Below, piece by piece: positions 1-12,110 of a stretch of DNA of 64,000 nt (position 1 is its first letter; each line of letters begins with the position of its first letter). The stretch covers positions 2,293,374-2,357,373 of the forward strand of contig MU054220.1 in assembly GCA_013239625.1 (NCBI GenBank), read 5' to 3'. This DNA is from Lama guanicoe (lineage: Eukaryota). The translations under genes were made by a program, and so were the position numbers. The notes under the pieces are model-generated. The model saw only the letters and a list, made by a program, of their open reading frames with translations, was not told the origin of the DNA and searched no databases.

Positions 1-495
1 ATAGTTCTTCCTTGGGCCTAACACAATACTTGCATTAAAAAAACATTCAATAATACATATGTGTTGAGGTGAAATAGTAAGAAAAATTCTCAAAGAATCG
101 TCAACTAGTTCTTTATATCCACAGACAAATAATTAAAAACAAACTGCATTAGAGTTTGTTACACAGAGTTTTAATCTAATTCTGGAATTTAGAAGGCTGT
201 GGAATACAGATACTTTGTTTTTAAAAGTCTTAAGCTCCTTTTCCAACAATGAGATATGTATCAGTAGGACCAAAAAATCCATTCCACAAGAATCAAGACT
301 GTATACAAACAAAAGGTTTGGCTGCTTTGAAAAGCTGAGGTTCATAAGAGAGAATGGATAGACAAACATAGGAAAGCTATAGCATCAACTATCCAACCAT
401 CTGTCCAAAAATTAATCACGGAATACCCGAATGCTAATCAGGCAATGTGCAAAGTGATGAGGCCGATGAGTGAATCATAAAGGTGAGCTGTTTAC

Positions 496-636
496 CTGTA
501 CAGTATGACATATTCATGCCCTTGCTTTCTGGAGAGTCTGTAAGCTGGTGTCACCCTGGTTATAGCAAGGAGAGACTTCAGCAGCAATGACAGTCTGTTG
601 TACACTGCATAGGAAACTTTGATTTCTTTATCACAC
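496..636 (-). CDS. ATG13: ATG13 coding exon 5 of those seen (HORMA domain): (K)[46 protein letters not shown](R); gene continues beyond the window start
   Basis: Manual minus-strand translation matches vertebrate ATG13; ttag| acceptor and |gtaaa donor; 141 nt, phase consistent with the previous exon. Confidence 0.96.
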
Positions 637-1786
637 CTAAGGAGCAAAGACACTATCAGTTCTCCTATTCAACCAGTGCAAAACAGAGAATTGAAATGCA
701 ATGAATATAGAAATACTAGTTATGTTCCATTCAGTGACTGAGATCCACTTGTTAGCATTATTCATAAGTTCTGATTGGCTATCATCTGCTTTGCAGTCTA
801 AATACACCTACAATCAACAGAGATGGTTGCAAATCAAGTGCTAAAGCTGTATATGATTAAACTATTATTAAAACATGTTCTAAACTAAAGCTGTAATAAG
901 AGTTCTTTGACAGCTTATCAACAGATTGTTGAAGTAAGCCAAAGTTTCACTTTCTCATGCACTAGACAAAGGCAGATGGGCACCAAAAGGCATCTAATAT
1001 ATTTTTCTAGCTTTGAGGCAGTTATCTTTCTAAGAAATAAAGCAACATACTTAAAAACAGTAATTCAATATTGCAATTATATTACTGAAGGTGAAAACAT
1101 AATTTCAATGTCTTATGAGCAGTCTACCTCTATACATCTAACAGCAAATCTGGAGGAAAGTATTTGGTACTAAAATTTTGGACTATACCTGGCAATTGCC
1201 TTCTATTTAAGAAAGAAAAATAATGCCCACACCACTCATACTTATTACTAAGATTTTTCTTTTGATGTGCTGCTATTTCTCAATTTTCCTATATATTCTT
1301 CTTAAAAATTAAAGCTTCAGGCAAGAAGTAAGCTAATCTGCCCTGAAAGAAGAAAATGGAGGGGAAAATAACATGCATTTTCAACCCATGACCAACACAG
1401 CATGTATAAAGGAGTAGTGAGGGGAAATCTTATTGGATGTCTGCCACACAGAAAGCAGACAAAACAGAGTAGTCATGTTACAAGAGCTCAAGGGATTTAA
1501 TCAGAGAACTATCTGTACTCTGGGAAAACAACAAACCCTTTTCAGCTTTCTCTCTGCTCCTTTCCCTGAAGTGTCTGAGTCTCTCTGGACTGACACTCCC
1601 TTCTGAAGGTCATCTCTGTGCCTGGGCTGGGAGCCAAGCACGAAGCAAATTGTAGCAAAGACCTATTGGCTTTGTTAAGTGGTCAGAACACCCTCCATGA
1701 CTGATAACAAGGCCCTGCTTTTCACATGATGTTGTGTACTTTATCCTCAGCTACCACAACCAAGGACCCTAAGACAGAGCACTTAC

Positions 1787-1833
1787 TTTTCATTCATTTC
1801 CAGACACCAAATTTCTAGCTCCATGGAATCTCC
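1787..1833 (-). CDS. ATG13: ATG13 coding exon: GDSMELEIWCLEMNE(K)
   Basis: C-terminal part of ORF 1783..1974; tctacag| acceptor and |gtaagt donor; 47 nt. Confidence 0.96.
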
Positions 1834-3380
1834 CTGTAGACAATTGAAAGATATTTCAGTTTTTTTTAAATTATCTTCTTTTTTCTCATTATAAAGCACT
1901 ATATAGCCACTATATAAAATACTGGAAAGTATAAATAAGGTAAAAAAAAAAAGAGGTATCAATTTATAATCCAATCAGTGACTTTTCTAAATTAAAGTGA
2001 GATCATATTGTATAAACTACTTTTATCACTAACTTTTAAATTAAATACAACATGGAATTCTACTTATAATTTTAAATTCTACATTTTCTTTAATAGTTGC
2101 ATAGTATTCCACCATATGATTATCATTTTACCCAATCAGCCCCCCATACTTCGACATATAGGTTGTTTCTAAATTTTCACTAAAATAAACAACACTGATA
2201 AACAACTTTGAAACAACATTTTGTATGCACCCTGAATCAGCTGAAGGTGAATTTCCAGAATTAGAATTGTTAGATAAAGGGATATGCATGCTTCTAAGAC
2301 TTTCGCTATGTATGACCAAATTGCTCCTCAGGAAAGCCAACACTTCAAATGACAGAGGGAGCCTTTCCCTCCAATTCAGTAAAGGATATTTTTAGGTGAC
2401 ATACAGTTAAGGAATACCTTAACAAGCTCCCTACTTAGAAGTCTTTTTAGCTGTTTGATGTCTTTAGCCAAACTGTTCAGTTCCTCTGTAAGTCACTCTG
2501 AACAGACTTAGTCTAGTAGATAGGAAAGAAAAAGAAAAGACTAAAACCAGACTCCTTCAACCCTGTAACACTCCTGTGTGTCACTTAGTGAGAAGGATAC
2601 TCACATACTTTTGAATGCAGGTAAGCTTCTTACGAATCAGTTTAAGTTTTAGGTTTGGGAGTAAGTTTGGTTAGTCTGTGGAGTAGAGAACTTTTATTTG
2701 TTCTAGAACAAATTTAAATCTGTATCCTTAATATATATCCTTCTCATCACAATGTCATTTCTAAATGATACAAATGAATTTTGAATTCCTCTCCCAAACC
2801 CCCGTCCAAAAAAATCAAGGATGACTGGACAGTAGGAAGTATCCAAGACAAGTTAGTGTGGTTTTTCTAGGACAATCAGAACAGTTTAGAGTCAGATTTC
2901 ACAGATGCCTGGGAGAGGAAAGATTCTATTTGGACTACGTATGGATCACTAAGGAAAATAATTCACAGTATAAATTGGTGACTCAATAAGGAAGAATAGG
3001 AAGTTTCGTTTTATTTGGTGCTAAAGTTTCCATGGAATAAATACACTCATCATTCATTCAACAAAACTGAAAGCCTACTATGTGTCACCCCAGGCACCGT
3101 GCCAGGTACAGAGATGATTATTCATTTATATCCTGCCTCATTTCAAGAATTGAGGAACTACACAGATAAATCAGATGTGGCATGGCTGCTGATCTCAAAA
3201 ATAAAAGTGTAAAGTATGAACAGGAACATGTAATGATTGTCTACTATATGTTATGTTAGGCACTTTACAAATAAGAACTAAAGAGAAAATATTACAGCCC
3301 TGCAAGACTGTGAAGTGTTGTGTTACTTTGGTGGTATTGGTAGAGGTGGGGTTAAGTCATTTGTACAAAGTTGCTCAGCT

Positions 3381-3538
3381 GAGGGCAAGAGCATAGCTCA
3401 GCGGTAGAGCGCGTGCTTAGCATGCACAAGGTCCTGGGTTCAATGCCCAGTACCTCCATTAAAAAAACAAACACAAAAACTAGTAATAAATAAATAAATA
3501 GGCCTAATGATTACCCCCCCACAAAATTTTTTTTTTCT
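3381..3538 (+). mobile_element. tRNA-Ala-derived SINE (camelid Vic-1 type), inserted in a MIR
   Basis: A box TAGCTCAGCGG, B box GGTTCAATGCC, A-rich tail; TSD caaagttgct(c/g)agct at 3366-3380 and 3539-3553. Confidence 0.9.
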
Positions 3539-4054
3539 CAAAGTTGCTGAGCTAGGATCTGAATTTGGGTCTGTGTAGCTCCAAGCTCTATTTGCCTTTT
3601 ATCATACCTTGCAACCTCACAACCCTGTAGTGGAAATAGATTAATAAACATACAAGAAACAATATCTGGCTCAATCTAAACATGGAACAAAGTGAGCAAA
3701 AACATTTAAAAAAAATCACAATATAGGAAGTTACACTCTAGAAACAAATATAAATAAAGCACATGGGGAAGTTTAAGAGAATAGTTACCTCTCCCACTAG
3801 AAGGGGGAGATCTTCTAGAGCACATGAGTCTTGAAGGATAAGTAGAAACATATCACATATGGATGATATATATATAAAGATGAGGGTGAAGAGTCTATTC
3901 CAAGTGGTTGGAAGAATAAGTACAAAAACCACGATCTCCTCAGAGAATGATGAGAATATCAGAGAGGGAAGGGGCGGGAATAAGACTGAGTTGGAGCCAG
4001 AATGTGAAGAGCTTTGAGTGCCAAGTTAAGACACTATTCTGGCCATAACCTTAC

Positions 4055-4174
4055 CTCCGAAGTCTTGAGTGAGATCTCCACACACATAGATCTCCCGACG
4101 GCAGGCAGCTGCCCTGCCAGCGCCTTCTTCGCTTCATGTGTAACCTCTGGGATGTCTTTGATTGCTAAATTGAA
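4055..4174 (-). CDS. ATG13: ATG13 coding exon: [40 protein letters not shown]
   Basis: Manual translation; ttctag| acceptor and |gtaagg donor; 120 nt, phase 0-0. Confidence 0.97.
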
Positions 4175-4576
4175 CTAGAACACAAAAGGGACTTTGTGTT
4201 AAACACTCACAAGGAACATTATGGAAACGTAAAGTAGTAAGACTGGATGTTGGGTAATCCAGGCACTGCTCTGATTAAGGACATTCATTCACTTCTCCCT
4301 TCTCCATAAGAGATACCTTGCATCAAATACTCAAAACCCAGGTTGAAAAGCTTTTTAGCTATCACAGCAGAAAGCCAAAAAAGAAAACAAAAAACCAAAA
4401 AAACCCCAGGATTAACATTTAATGAAGAACATACTTTCCAAGTGAGTGGATCAAATGAAATTAGGAATTTTAATGTTATGATTTAGTAATATTATAAATA
4501 GTATTATTTATTACTACACTGTGACTCCTTGTGACAAACACCATAGTATAGCCTTTAGCAAGAATAGGGATTTTAC

Positions 4577-4657
4577 CCAATCTGAACCCGTTGGGGATGA
4601 AGATGAACGAGTACAAATCTTCTCGCCCAGTCGAGCCTGGACAATCACTTGGACAGT
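4577..4657 (-). CDS. ATG13: ATG13 coding exon: [27 protein letters not shown]
   Basis: Manual translation; tttttttag| acceptor and |gtaaaa donor; 81 nt. Confidence 0.97.
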
Positions 4658-5624
4658 CTAAAAAAAACCAAATAAACAAATCAAAGATGAAAACTTTTAA
4701 CAAATTGATTTGGCTCCTGATTAGCATTAAAAACTCTCCAAATGCAGAGTTAAAAAGATACCAATGACCATAACTATACGTCAGGAAAGGGTAGAATCTA
4801 AAATATTCAGGAACAGATAGAAAAAGAAAAACATGACACAAAAATAATAGTGTAAATATTCCTGAGGGCATACTGAGCGTTAGCCAGTTAGAGCAATTAT
4901 AGTTTGAGGCTTGGAATCTTTAATACTCTCACATGGCAGAAGGAAAGTTGCACATGGTGGCTTTCATAAAGAAACAAGTCCAACCGTAGGTTTAAATATT
5001 CACTGTCATACACTTACATAATCATAGTAGATTTAAACCAAGGATTCCACAATTATTCATATCATTTGGCCCATATGGCAAAAGTCTCCCAACTAATTTT
5101 ACAACCAGAATCTACTGCATGGATTGTTCTTACATAGCAATGGTTGAGAGGAAGGAGCGATAGAGTTGGAAATGATTTTTACGTTTAGGAAAATATAACT
5201 TCTAAAGTATTCAAAATTCAGTTTTAATTCCTCATTTACCCAGAAGGAACAATTAAGTGAAAGTCAGACATTTCAGGTAGTTGATGTTTAGGAAAAGATG
5301 CCCCAAATGCTGTCCATTCCTGTCCATAGTCCTTGTTCTCACCCCAAAGGAACATACTGTGCCAATAACCGGGCATAATAAGTTTGACATTTCTGCAAAC
5401 AGCCTTGCAAAAAAATTTTTTTTGAACAAGTAGCTGTGGAAAATTGGAAGCTACTTTTTAGTTACACCCCCACTACCGCCCCCAAACTTCACAGTTTGGT
5501 TTACAACAGACAGAAGTATCCCTTAAAATGGGCAAGCTGCAAGCTGTTATGCTGTATTTCCAAAAAGGGAGAAGCACGGAAGTTATTTCTAACAGTTGTA
5601 GGCTCAAGAGAATGGATATATTAC

Positions 5625-5693
5625 CTTGAGGGCAAAAAATTTAATGAATTTGTCCAGGTCCTTTCTGTCTTGGGAATTGAGATCAGTTTCCAT
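5625..5693 (-). CDS. ATG13: ATG13 first coding exon: [23 protein letters not shown] (exon including UTR about 5625-5706)
   Basis: ATG at 5693-5691 in gcaATGg context; matches the ATG13 N-terminus; |gtaata donor; acceptor cctgatttag| at 5707/5706. Confidence 0.97.
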
Positions 5694-7335
5694 TGCCTAT
5701 AGGAATCTAAATCAGGGGGAAAAAAAGTGTTGAAAAATGTGACTAATATCCTTTAAAAAGGATTGCTACAACAAAGCATACAGAGATGGTATTGTCTACT
5801 AGCTGTACAAATAGTCCTGTGGGAGGTAAAAAATATTCTCCCTAACTAAAGACACCAAAGTGAAAAACAGAAAGATACTATCTTTTGAGGAAAATAAATT
5901 CCACACAAAGAGCTAAGTCTAGAGACCTAAAGAACAGATGAGACAAGCCATTTTACCTGGATCTGAAACTTTGACCTTTTAAATATAACGTATCTATTAA
6001 AAAAGTTTTATTACCCTACACATTGAGTAAAGTTTTAATAAGACAAAACTTTGTTAAAACATAAAATGAGTTACCTTATATTCCTTCAAAAGGCCACTTA
6101 ATCAATTAACTTTAACTTTTGCACAACTTTTGAGAATCCTATGACATGACAAGCTCTTTCTTCAGAAAAATATACATATATAGAAACATTCAGATATATT
6201 CAGGGGGTTCATGGATTTCCTGAAGTATATCATAAACCCTCAGGTTGAAATGGTTTGAGAAGGGGCTGGTATGAAGAAGAAAGCATTTAGGGAGAGGAGA
6301 GCATGAAGTATAAGCAAGGAGGAGCAAAATGGGTTTGCAACTATTAAGTATTCCAATTTCCCAGTGATTGTGTATGGCTGGTTGGGGTCGGGCCATGAGT
6401 CTTAAATACAATGCAAGAGACTGATAGGCATCTAGTATCAGAAATGGGAGCACCTTCAAGGCTTTTGAGGAGAGGAAGCAACACAGCCTGAATGGTGCTT
6501 TAGAAGGATAGCTTTGCTAGCACTGTCCAGTAGTTTTGAGTATGGAAAGCAGAGAAATCAATTAGGTCCTTGGCAATAATTTCAGGCCTATGGTCAAAGC
6601 TAAAACTCTAGTACAGACATGATATGGAAATAGTATGAATGGGAGAATTTTAAAGGAAGAGCGGATGGGATTTAAGGACTGGCCACAAGAAGTTTAATGT
6701 GGTTTCAGTTAACAAAAAAAAAAAACAAGAAACCCAGAGGGAGAGCTAGTTTTAAGGAAAGATATAAACAAAAGAGCTGAAACAGGAAATAATGAGTACA
6801 AGTTAAAAAAAAAAACCATACTGTTCTTTACTGAGGTATAACTTAAATGTAGTGAAGTGCACACATCTTAGGTGTACAGTGCAATAAACATTTTATATGT
6901 ATACAGCCATATAACAACAATCCAGATCAAGTTATAGAATATTTCCAATAATCCAGGAGGCTCCATTATGTCCTCCTACATCAATAAATCCACCAAAAGG
7001 TAACCATTATTCTGACCTCTACACCATAAATTAGTTGTCTGTCTTGAATTTCTTGTAAGTGGAATCAAATATTATTAACTCTTTGTGTGTAGCTTCCTTT
7101 ATTCAACATGTCTATAAGATTCATTTTTAACGCAGTTTATTCTTTTTCATTGCTATGTAGCACTCCATTTTATGAATATACCACAATCTATAAATCCTAC
7201 TGTTGATAAACATTTGGGTTGTTTCCTGTTTTTAACTATTATGTTCTTACATGAGTCTTTTGGTGGACATGAATACTCACTGCTCTCAGATGTAAAGCCA
7301 AGAGTGTTAATGTTGGGTCACAGAGTATACATACA

Positions 7336-7758
7336 CAGGCATACCTTGTTTTATTGCACCCCACTTTACTGTGCTTCACAGATATTGCCCCTCCTTTTTC
7401 TTTTTACAAGTAAAGCTTTGTGTCAACACTGTGTCTAGCAAGTCTATCAGAGCCATTTTCCAACAGCATTTGCTCATTTCATATCCATGTCACATTTTGG
7501 TAATTCTCAAAATATTTCAAATCCTCCAATAGCAGAAAGATTATAACTCACTGAAGGCTCAGATGGTGGTTAGCATTTTTTAGCAACAAAGTATTTTTAA
7601 ATTAAGGTATGTACATATTTTTGACATCATGCTATTATACTCTCAATAGTCTATACTGTAAACACAACTTTATATGCCCCAGGAAACCAAAAAATTCACG
7701 TGACTCGTTTTAGCGCAGTAGTCTGGAACCAACTCGCAATATCTCCAACATATGCCTG
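7336..7758 (+). mobile_element. Tigger1-derived MITE (TcMar-Tigger internal deletion derivative)
   Basis: TIRs caggcatacc... and ...catatgcctg; Tigger1-like ends (gtctggaacc...gcaatatctcc). Confidence 0.85.
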
Positions 7759-8066
7759 TGTTTAGCTTTGATAGATGCTGCCAAACAGTCTTCCAGGGTC
7801 TGTACCAATTTACGTCATTAACAACAGCATATCAGAGCTTCCGCTGTGCCATGTCTATAAGACCACTTGGTACTGCTGACGGATATTCTCTTCCAGAAAG
7901 TGCTAGTTCAAGCCTTTTACCCACTTAAAAAATCAGGTTGCCTGTTTCTTACTGAATTGTGATGTCAAAAAAAAAAACCAGTATATTAAGTACTATGTTG
8001 GATATGTACTACAGATTTTTTTCCCAGTTTGTGGTTTGCCTTTCTTATGGAATCTGTTTCTTTTTA

Positions 8067-8560
8067 TGAGAATCAGAATATACTAACAGATAATGGCCGA
8101 ACTACATATATAAAAATAGAGCTCTGACCCATAACCTGCAAAAAACCTAGCCCAGGAAGCCAACCTACTATCTACAGTAAACAGTCAGGGAAGTCAGACT
8201 ATCCCTAGGAAGTCAAACAATAACCCCTTTAAAAACTATCCCCAAATAGCCAGGACCTAACAGCTTCCCTAATTTCTATCCCTGCTTCCAACTTTGGACC
8301 AGCCAGAAAAAGGCAAATATGTACCCCTAACCAATCACATAGGATACCACTACTTTTAGTTAGGCTGCTTACAGCTTCCCCATGCCAACAGCCCCAAATA
8401 AGGACATCCTTGAAGCCTTCTTTCCACTATAAAGCTTCCCCAATGGTCTACCTGCCTGTGCATCTTTGTCAAAGGCAAGTGATGGGGCAGACTCTCCTAC
8501 AATGACAAGTTCTGAATAAATGATCTTCAACTGGTCTCATTTGGGTGGTCTTTATGTCCT
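8067..8560 (+). mobile_element. ERV1-class solo LTR (family not certain)
   Basis: LTR architecture: repeated caggaag motifs, CCAAT (aaccaatcac), TATAAA about 8428, AATAAA about 8515. Confidence 0.65.
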
Positions 8561-8575
8561 TATTAAATACCGCTT

Positions 8576-8717
8576 TTTTTTTTTGCATGATTTTTTCGGG
8601 GGGGGGCATAATTAAGTTTACTTACTTATTTATTTTTAGAGGAGGTACTGGGGATTGAGCCTAGGACCCTGTGTGTGCTAAGCATGTGCCTTACCACTTG
8701 AGTTACATCCTCTCCCC
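8576..8717 (-). mobile_element. Vic-1-type SINE
   Basis: Reverse-complement tRNA head with tail; TSD taaatac(c/a)gcttt. Confidence 0.9.
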
Positions 8718-9634
8718 TAAATACAGCTTTACTGAGGAATAACTGACAATATATACATTAGAAGTATAAGATTTGGTAAGTTTTGACATGCTTATAATTG
8801 TAAAATCATCACCACAAAATAGTGAACATAACAATTACTCCCCAAAAGTTCCTCATATTCCTTTGTAATCAATCCCTCCCTCCAGCCCCTTCTCAATAAC
8901 CCATACCTAAGCAACCTCTGACATGCTTTCTAACACTAAAGATTTCCACCTGCATTTCCTAGAGTTTTATATAAATTAATCATACAATATATACTCCAGC
9001 TACTTTCACTCAGTATAATCATTTTGAGTCTTATTCATGTTATATTCTACACCGGCAGTTTATTTCTTTTTATTGCTGAGTATTATTCTCTTAAGGAGCC
9101 TTCTGATGATCAGAGTTTCTTAATTTTAGTAAGTCCAATTTATCAACCTTTTCTTTGATGTTTAGCACTTTTTTGGTGTCCTGTTAAAATTTTTTTTGCT
9201 GATATCAAAGTCATGAAAATATTCTCCTACATTTTCTTCTAGAAACATTTTTATCTTCCACATTTAGATTCATGATCCATTGCAAATCAATTTTTAAAAG
9301 GAGTGTAAGTTAAGGATCAAAGTTCACTATTTTTAGCCAATCAGTTCAGTTAATTTAATAGGTTGAGTTATAAACACCAGAAGAACCATCTGAAAATGCT
9401 AAGTAAGCCTGATACTAATGGAAAAGATAAAGACTGAGATTAAAGTTGGAGACAGATCTCAAAAAAGAAGAGATAGTTAATTAAAATTATAGCAACAGAT
9501 GAAATGACCAAGGGAGAGAACAGAAAAAACAAAGTAACAATGACCTTGGAAAACATCTGTCTAAAAGCCCCACAAGAAAATGCAAGAACTAGTCAGAGAA
9601 ATAGGAGGCAAAATAATTTCTGAGAGGTCTTCAT

Positions 9635-10172
9635 TGAAATAAAGGAGAAATTACAGACTAAAAGGATGGTCAACAACAGAAGTTTTTGTGGAGGAGGCAA
9701 AACTTCACTCATCTTAAGTTTTCAGCTGGGACTCTTAAAAAGACAGGTTAACAAGAGAACAAGTTTACTAACGCATGAAGTGTACATCACACAGGAGAAA
9801 ACTCAACGAAAAACAACTCAAAGTGGTGGCTTAGAACTGTGGTTTATATGGGATCTTCAGAGAAAATAAATTTGTAGAGAAACGACAGGACAAAGGAAAG
9901 CAGTTTTAGGCATCCAAGGGCTGCAGACTGTGGGAAGGTTAAATATATGGGAGGAAACTAACAGGAGTAAGGTTTGTTTGCAGATTCTTCTGGTGCCTCC
10001 TCAGGTCTGGTAAGAATCTGTCTCCAGTGAAAAGGGAATTTATATCCTGCCTTTAGGCAACAAAGGGGAGGGTAAACAAAGGCTCTGCATTTGCTGCTTA
10101 TTAATTGCCTTCAGCTCAAAATAATTATGTCAAAGGGGCATATTTTGGGGTGACATATTCTGGATTCCTTCA
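9635..10172 (-). mobile_element. ERV1 solo LTR, MER34-like
   Basis: Reverse start tgaaggaatccagaatatgtcaccccaaaatatgcccctttgacataattattttgagctgaaggc. Confidence 0.75.
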
Positions 10173-10381
10173 TTCGTAAGAGGAAAAGGCCTCTGGATTT
10201 GTAATTATGCTGTTAATGACCTCTGAGAGCAGTAGTGAGGAATGGATTCAGCTACTTCTGAGAAGTTACATAGGAAAATGCCTCAAGCTGTTCTGGTTAA
10301 AAGGGTTTTCCCTCTAGGAGAGGGATATAGCAAGTTTATTGGGAGGGGGAAGAGACCAATGAAGGAGAAATAAAATATCTT

Positions 10382-10706
10382 AAAAAAAAAAGGACACTAT
10401 GAACTCATCTACAAAACAGAAATACAGGCAGAGTAAACAATCGTATGGTTACTGGGGAAAGGGGCTGGGAAGGGATAAATTTGGGAGTTTGAGACTTACA
10501 AATGTTAGCCACTATATATAAAAATAGATTTTCAAAATTTCTTCTGTATAGCACAGGGAACTATGTTCAGTATCTTGTAATAACTTTTAATGAAAAAGAA
10601 TATGAAAACGAATATATGTATGTATATGCAGGACTGGGACATTGTGCTAGACACCAGAAATTGACACGTAACTGACTGTATTTCAATAAAAAAAGAAAGA
10701 AAGAAT
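10382..10706 (+). mobile_element. Lineage-specific L1 3'UTR fragment
   Basis: tgtatagcacagggaactat...accagaaattgacac...tcaataaaaaaa; same family as 38040, 50129, 55550 and 59530-59990. Confidence 0.85.
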
Positions 10707-11522
10707 TGATGAGATGCCACAGGAGAATCCACTGTGATCAAGAACAGATGAAAGCCTAAAGCTATCCAAATTACAAAGGACTCATCTTTGGAGGCCTATC
10801 AAACAATGTATTTGACATGCACACCCACCTTCAGACTTTCCTAATTTTGATTAAAAAGAACACTAACAAATATTAAAGTAAAAATAAAAAGACCTTTCAA
10901 AGGGTTAAACAGCTCAAGGCCCTAAAGCAACACAGCAATAGATCTGAGATAAGAATAGTGATGGAAAAAAAAAAGTGCTGGAGGATTGTGCTGCCCCTAT
11001 TTTACACTGAAGTGGGGAACTGTGTTCCTACCATCAAAGCATTTACCAAAGCAAACATTATAATGGCACAATGTCTCTTATGACTTTCTATATCACTGGA
11101 AGCACTAAAAAGATTATGTAACTAGAGTTAGTTATTGAGCCCAAAGGGGTGGTCTCCACAGAAAGTTCTCTTTCAGGCATCAAAGCTTACTGTCCCCTTA
11201 AGCCTAGGTTATCAAGCAGTTAATTCATTCTTTACAACATAAATGTTAACAGAAGGTTTACCCTATGCTTTGCTCTTTGAAAATTTCTCCTTTGAAGCCT
11301 CCAGGGATAAAGGGAAATTTGGTACAAAAATTTAAAAGAAACCTACAATTGAATTTTTCTTTTATTCTGTCCTTTACTACACTAACCAATTACTAAATCC
11401 TTCAAGCTCTTGCTTTTACAGAACTCTTAATATTTGCAGCATTTTCATTTCCATAGATACCACCTCAAACCAAGTTACATTTCTTATCTGGAAGAGACTC
11501 ACTTGGTTAGTTACTCTACCTT

Positions 11523-12110
11523 TGAAGAGCATCAGGCTATGCCATCCTAAAATATGCCATTTTGCCATAAAGATTATTTTAAGCTGAAGACATTTGAGAT
11601 TCAACAGATGTAGAAAAGAAATCTTCTCAGAGCCTTCCATATCTGATTAAAAGTAGAACCTTCTGAGAAATGAGGACTGCCATAAATTCCCATTCCAGGT
11701 TGGCTTCTACTCCCAGGAGAGAGACTAAGAGTAAACCTATTATAAATCCCCTATCTGGAGGAGGTTCATGGTCTTAAAGAAGAAGGAAAGGCCATTTAAA
11801 CCCACACAAGCAAATGTTATCACAAACATTCTTATCTCCCATTTGTTCTCCCAAAGACCCATTTGCCTTTCCCAAAGAAACTTGTTTGTTCTTCCCATAA
11901 GAGCCTTTTTTCTCCTTCCTTTCTCCTACTAAACTAGGCATATAAGTCCCAAATTTTTACTACCTCTTTGAGCTACTCACCACTGAGCTCTCCTGTGGTA
12001 TATACTTTGCAAATGTCTTTTCTCTTGCTAATCTGGCTTTTGTTGGTTTAATTTGCAGGCCCCCATGCAAAGAACTTAAGAGCGTACAGAAAAAGTTTCT
12101 TCCTCAACAC
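11523..12110 (+). mobile_element. ERV1 solo LTR, MER34A-like
   Basis: tatgccatcctaaaatatgccattttgccataaagattattttaagctgaagac start; aaagtttcttcctc...ca end. Confidence 0.75.

Larger units (their letters stand above)
6820..9330 (-). mobile_element. Old L1 3' region fragments, interrupted by a Tigger MITE, an LTR and a SINE
   Basis: Typical reverse L1 3'UTR/ORF2-end phrases (gaggtataactt, catttgggttgtttcc, ctgccaaacagtcttcca, atattctcctacattttcttctag). Confidence 0.7.
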
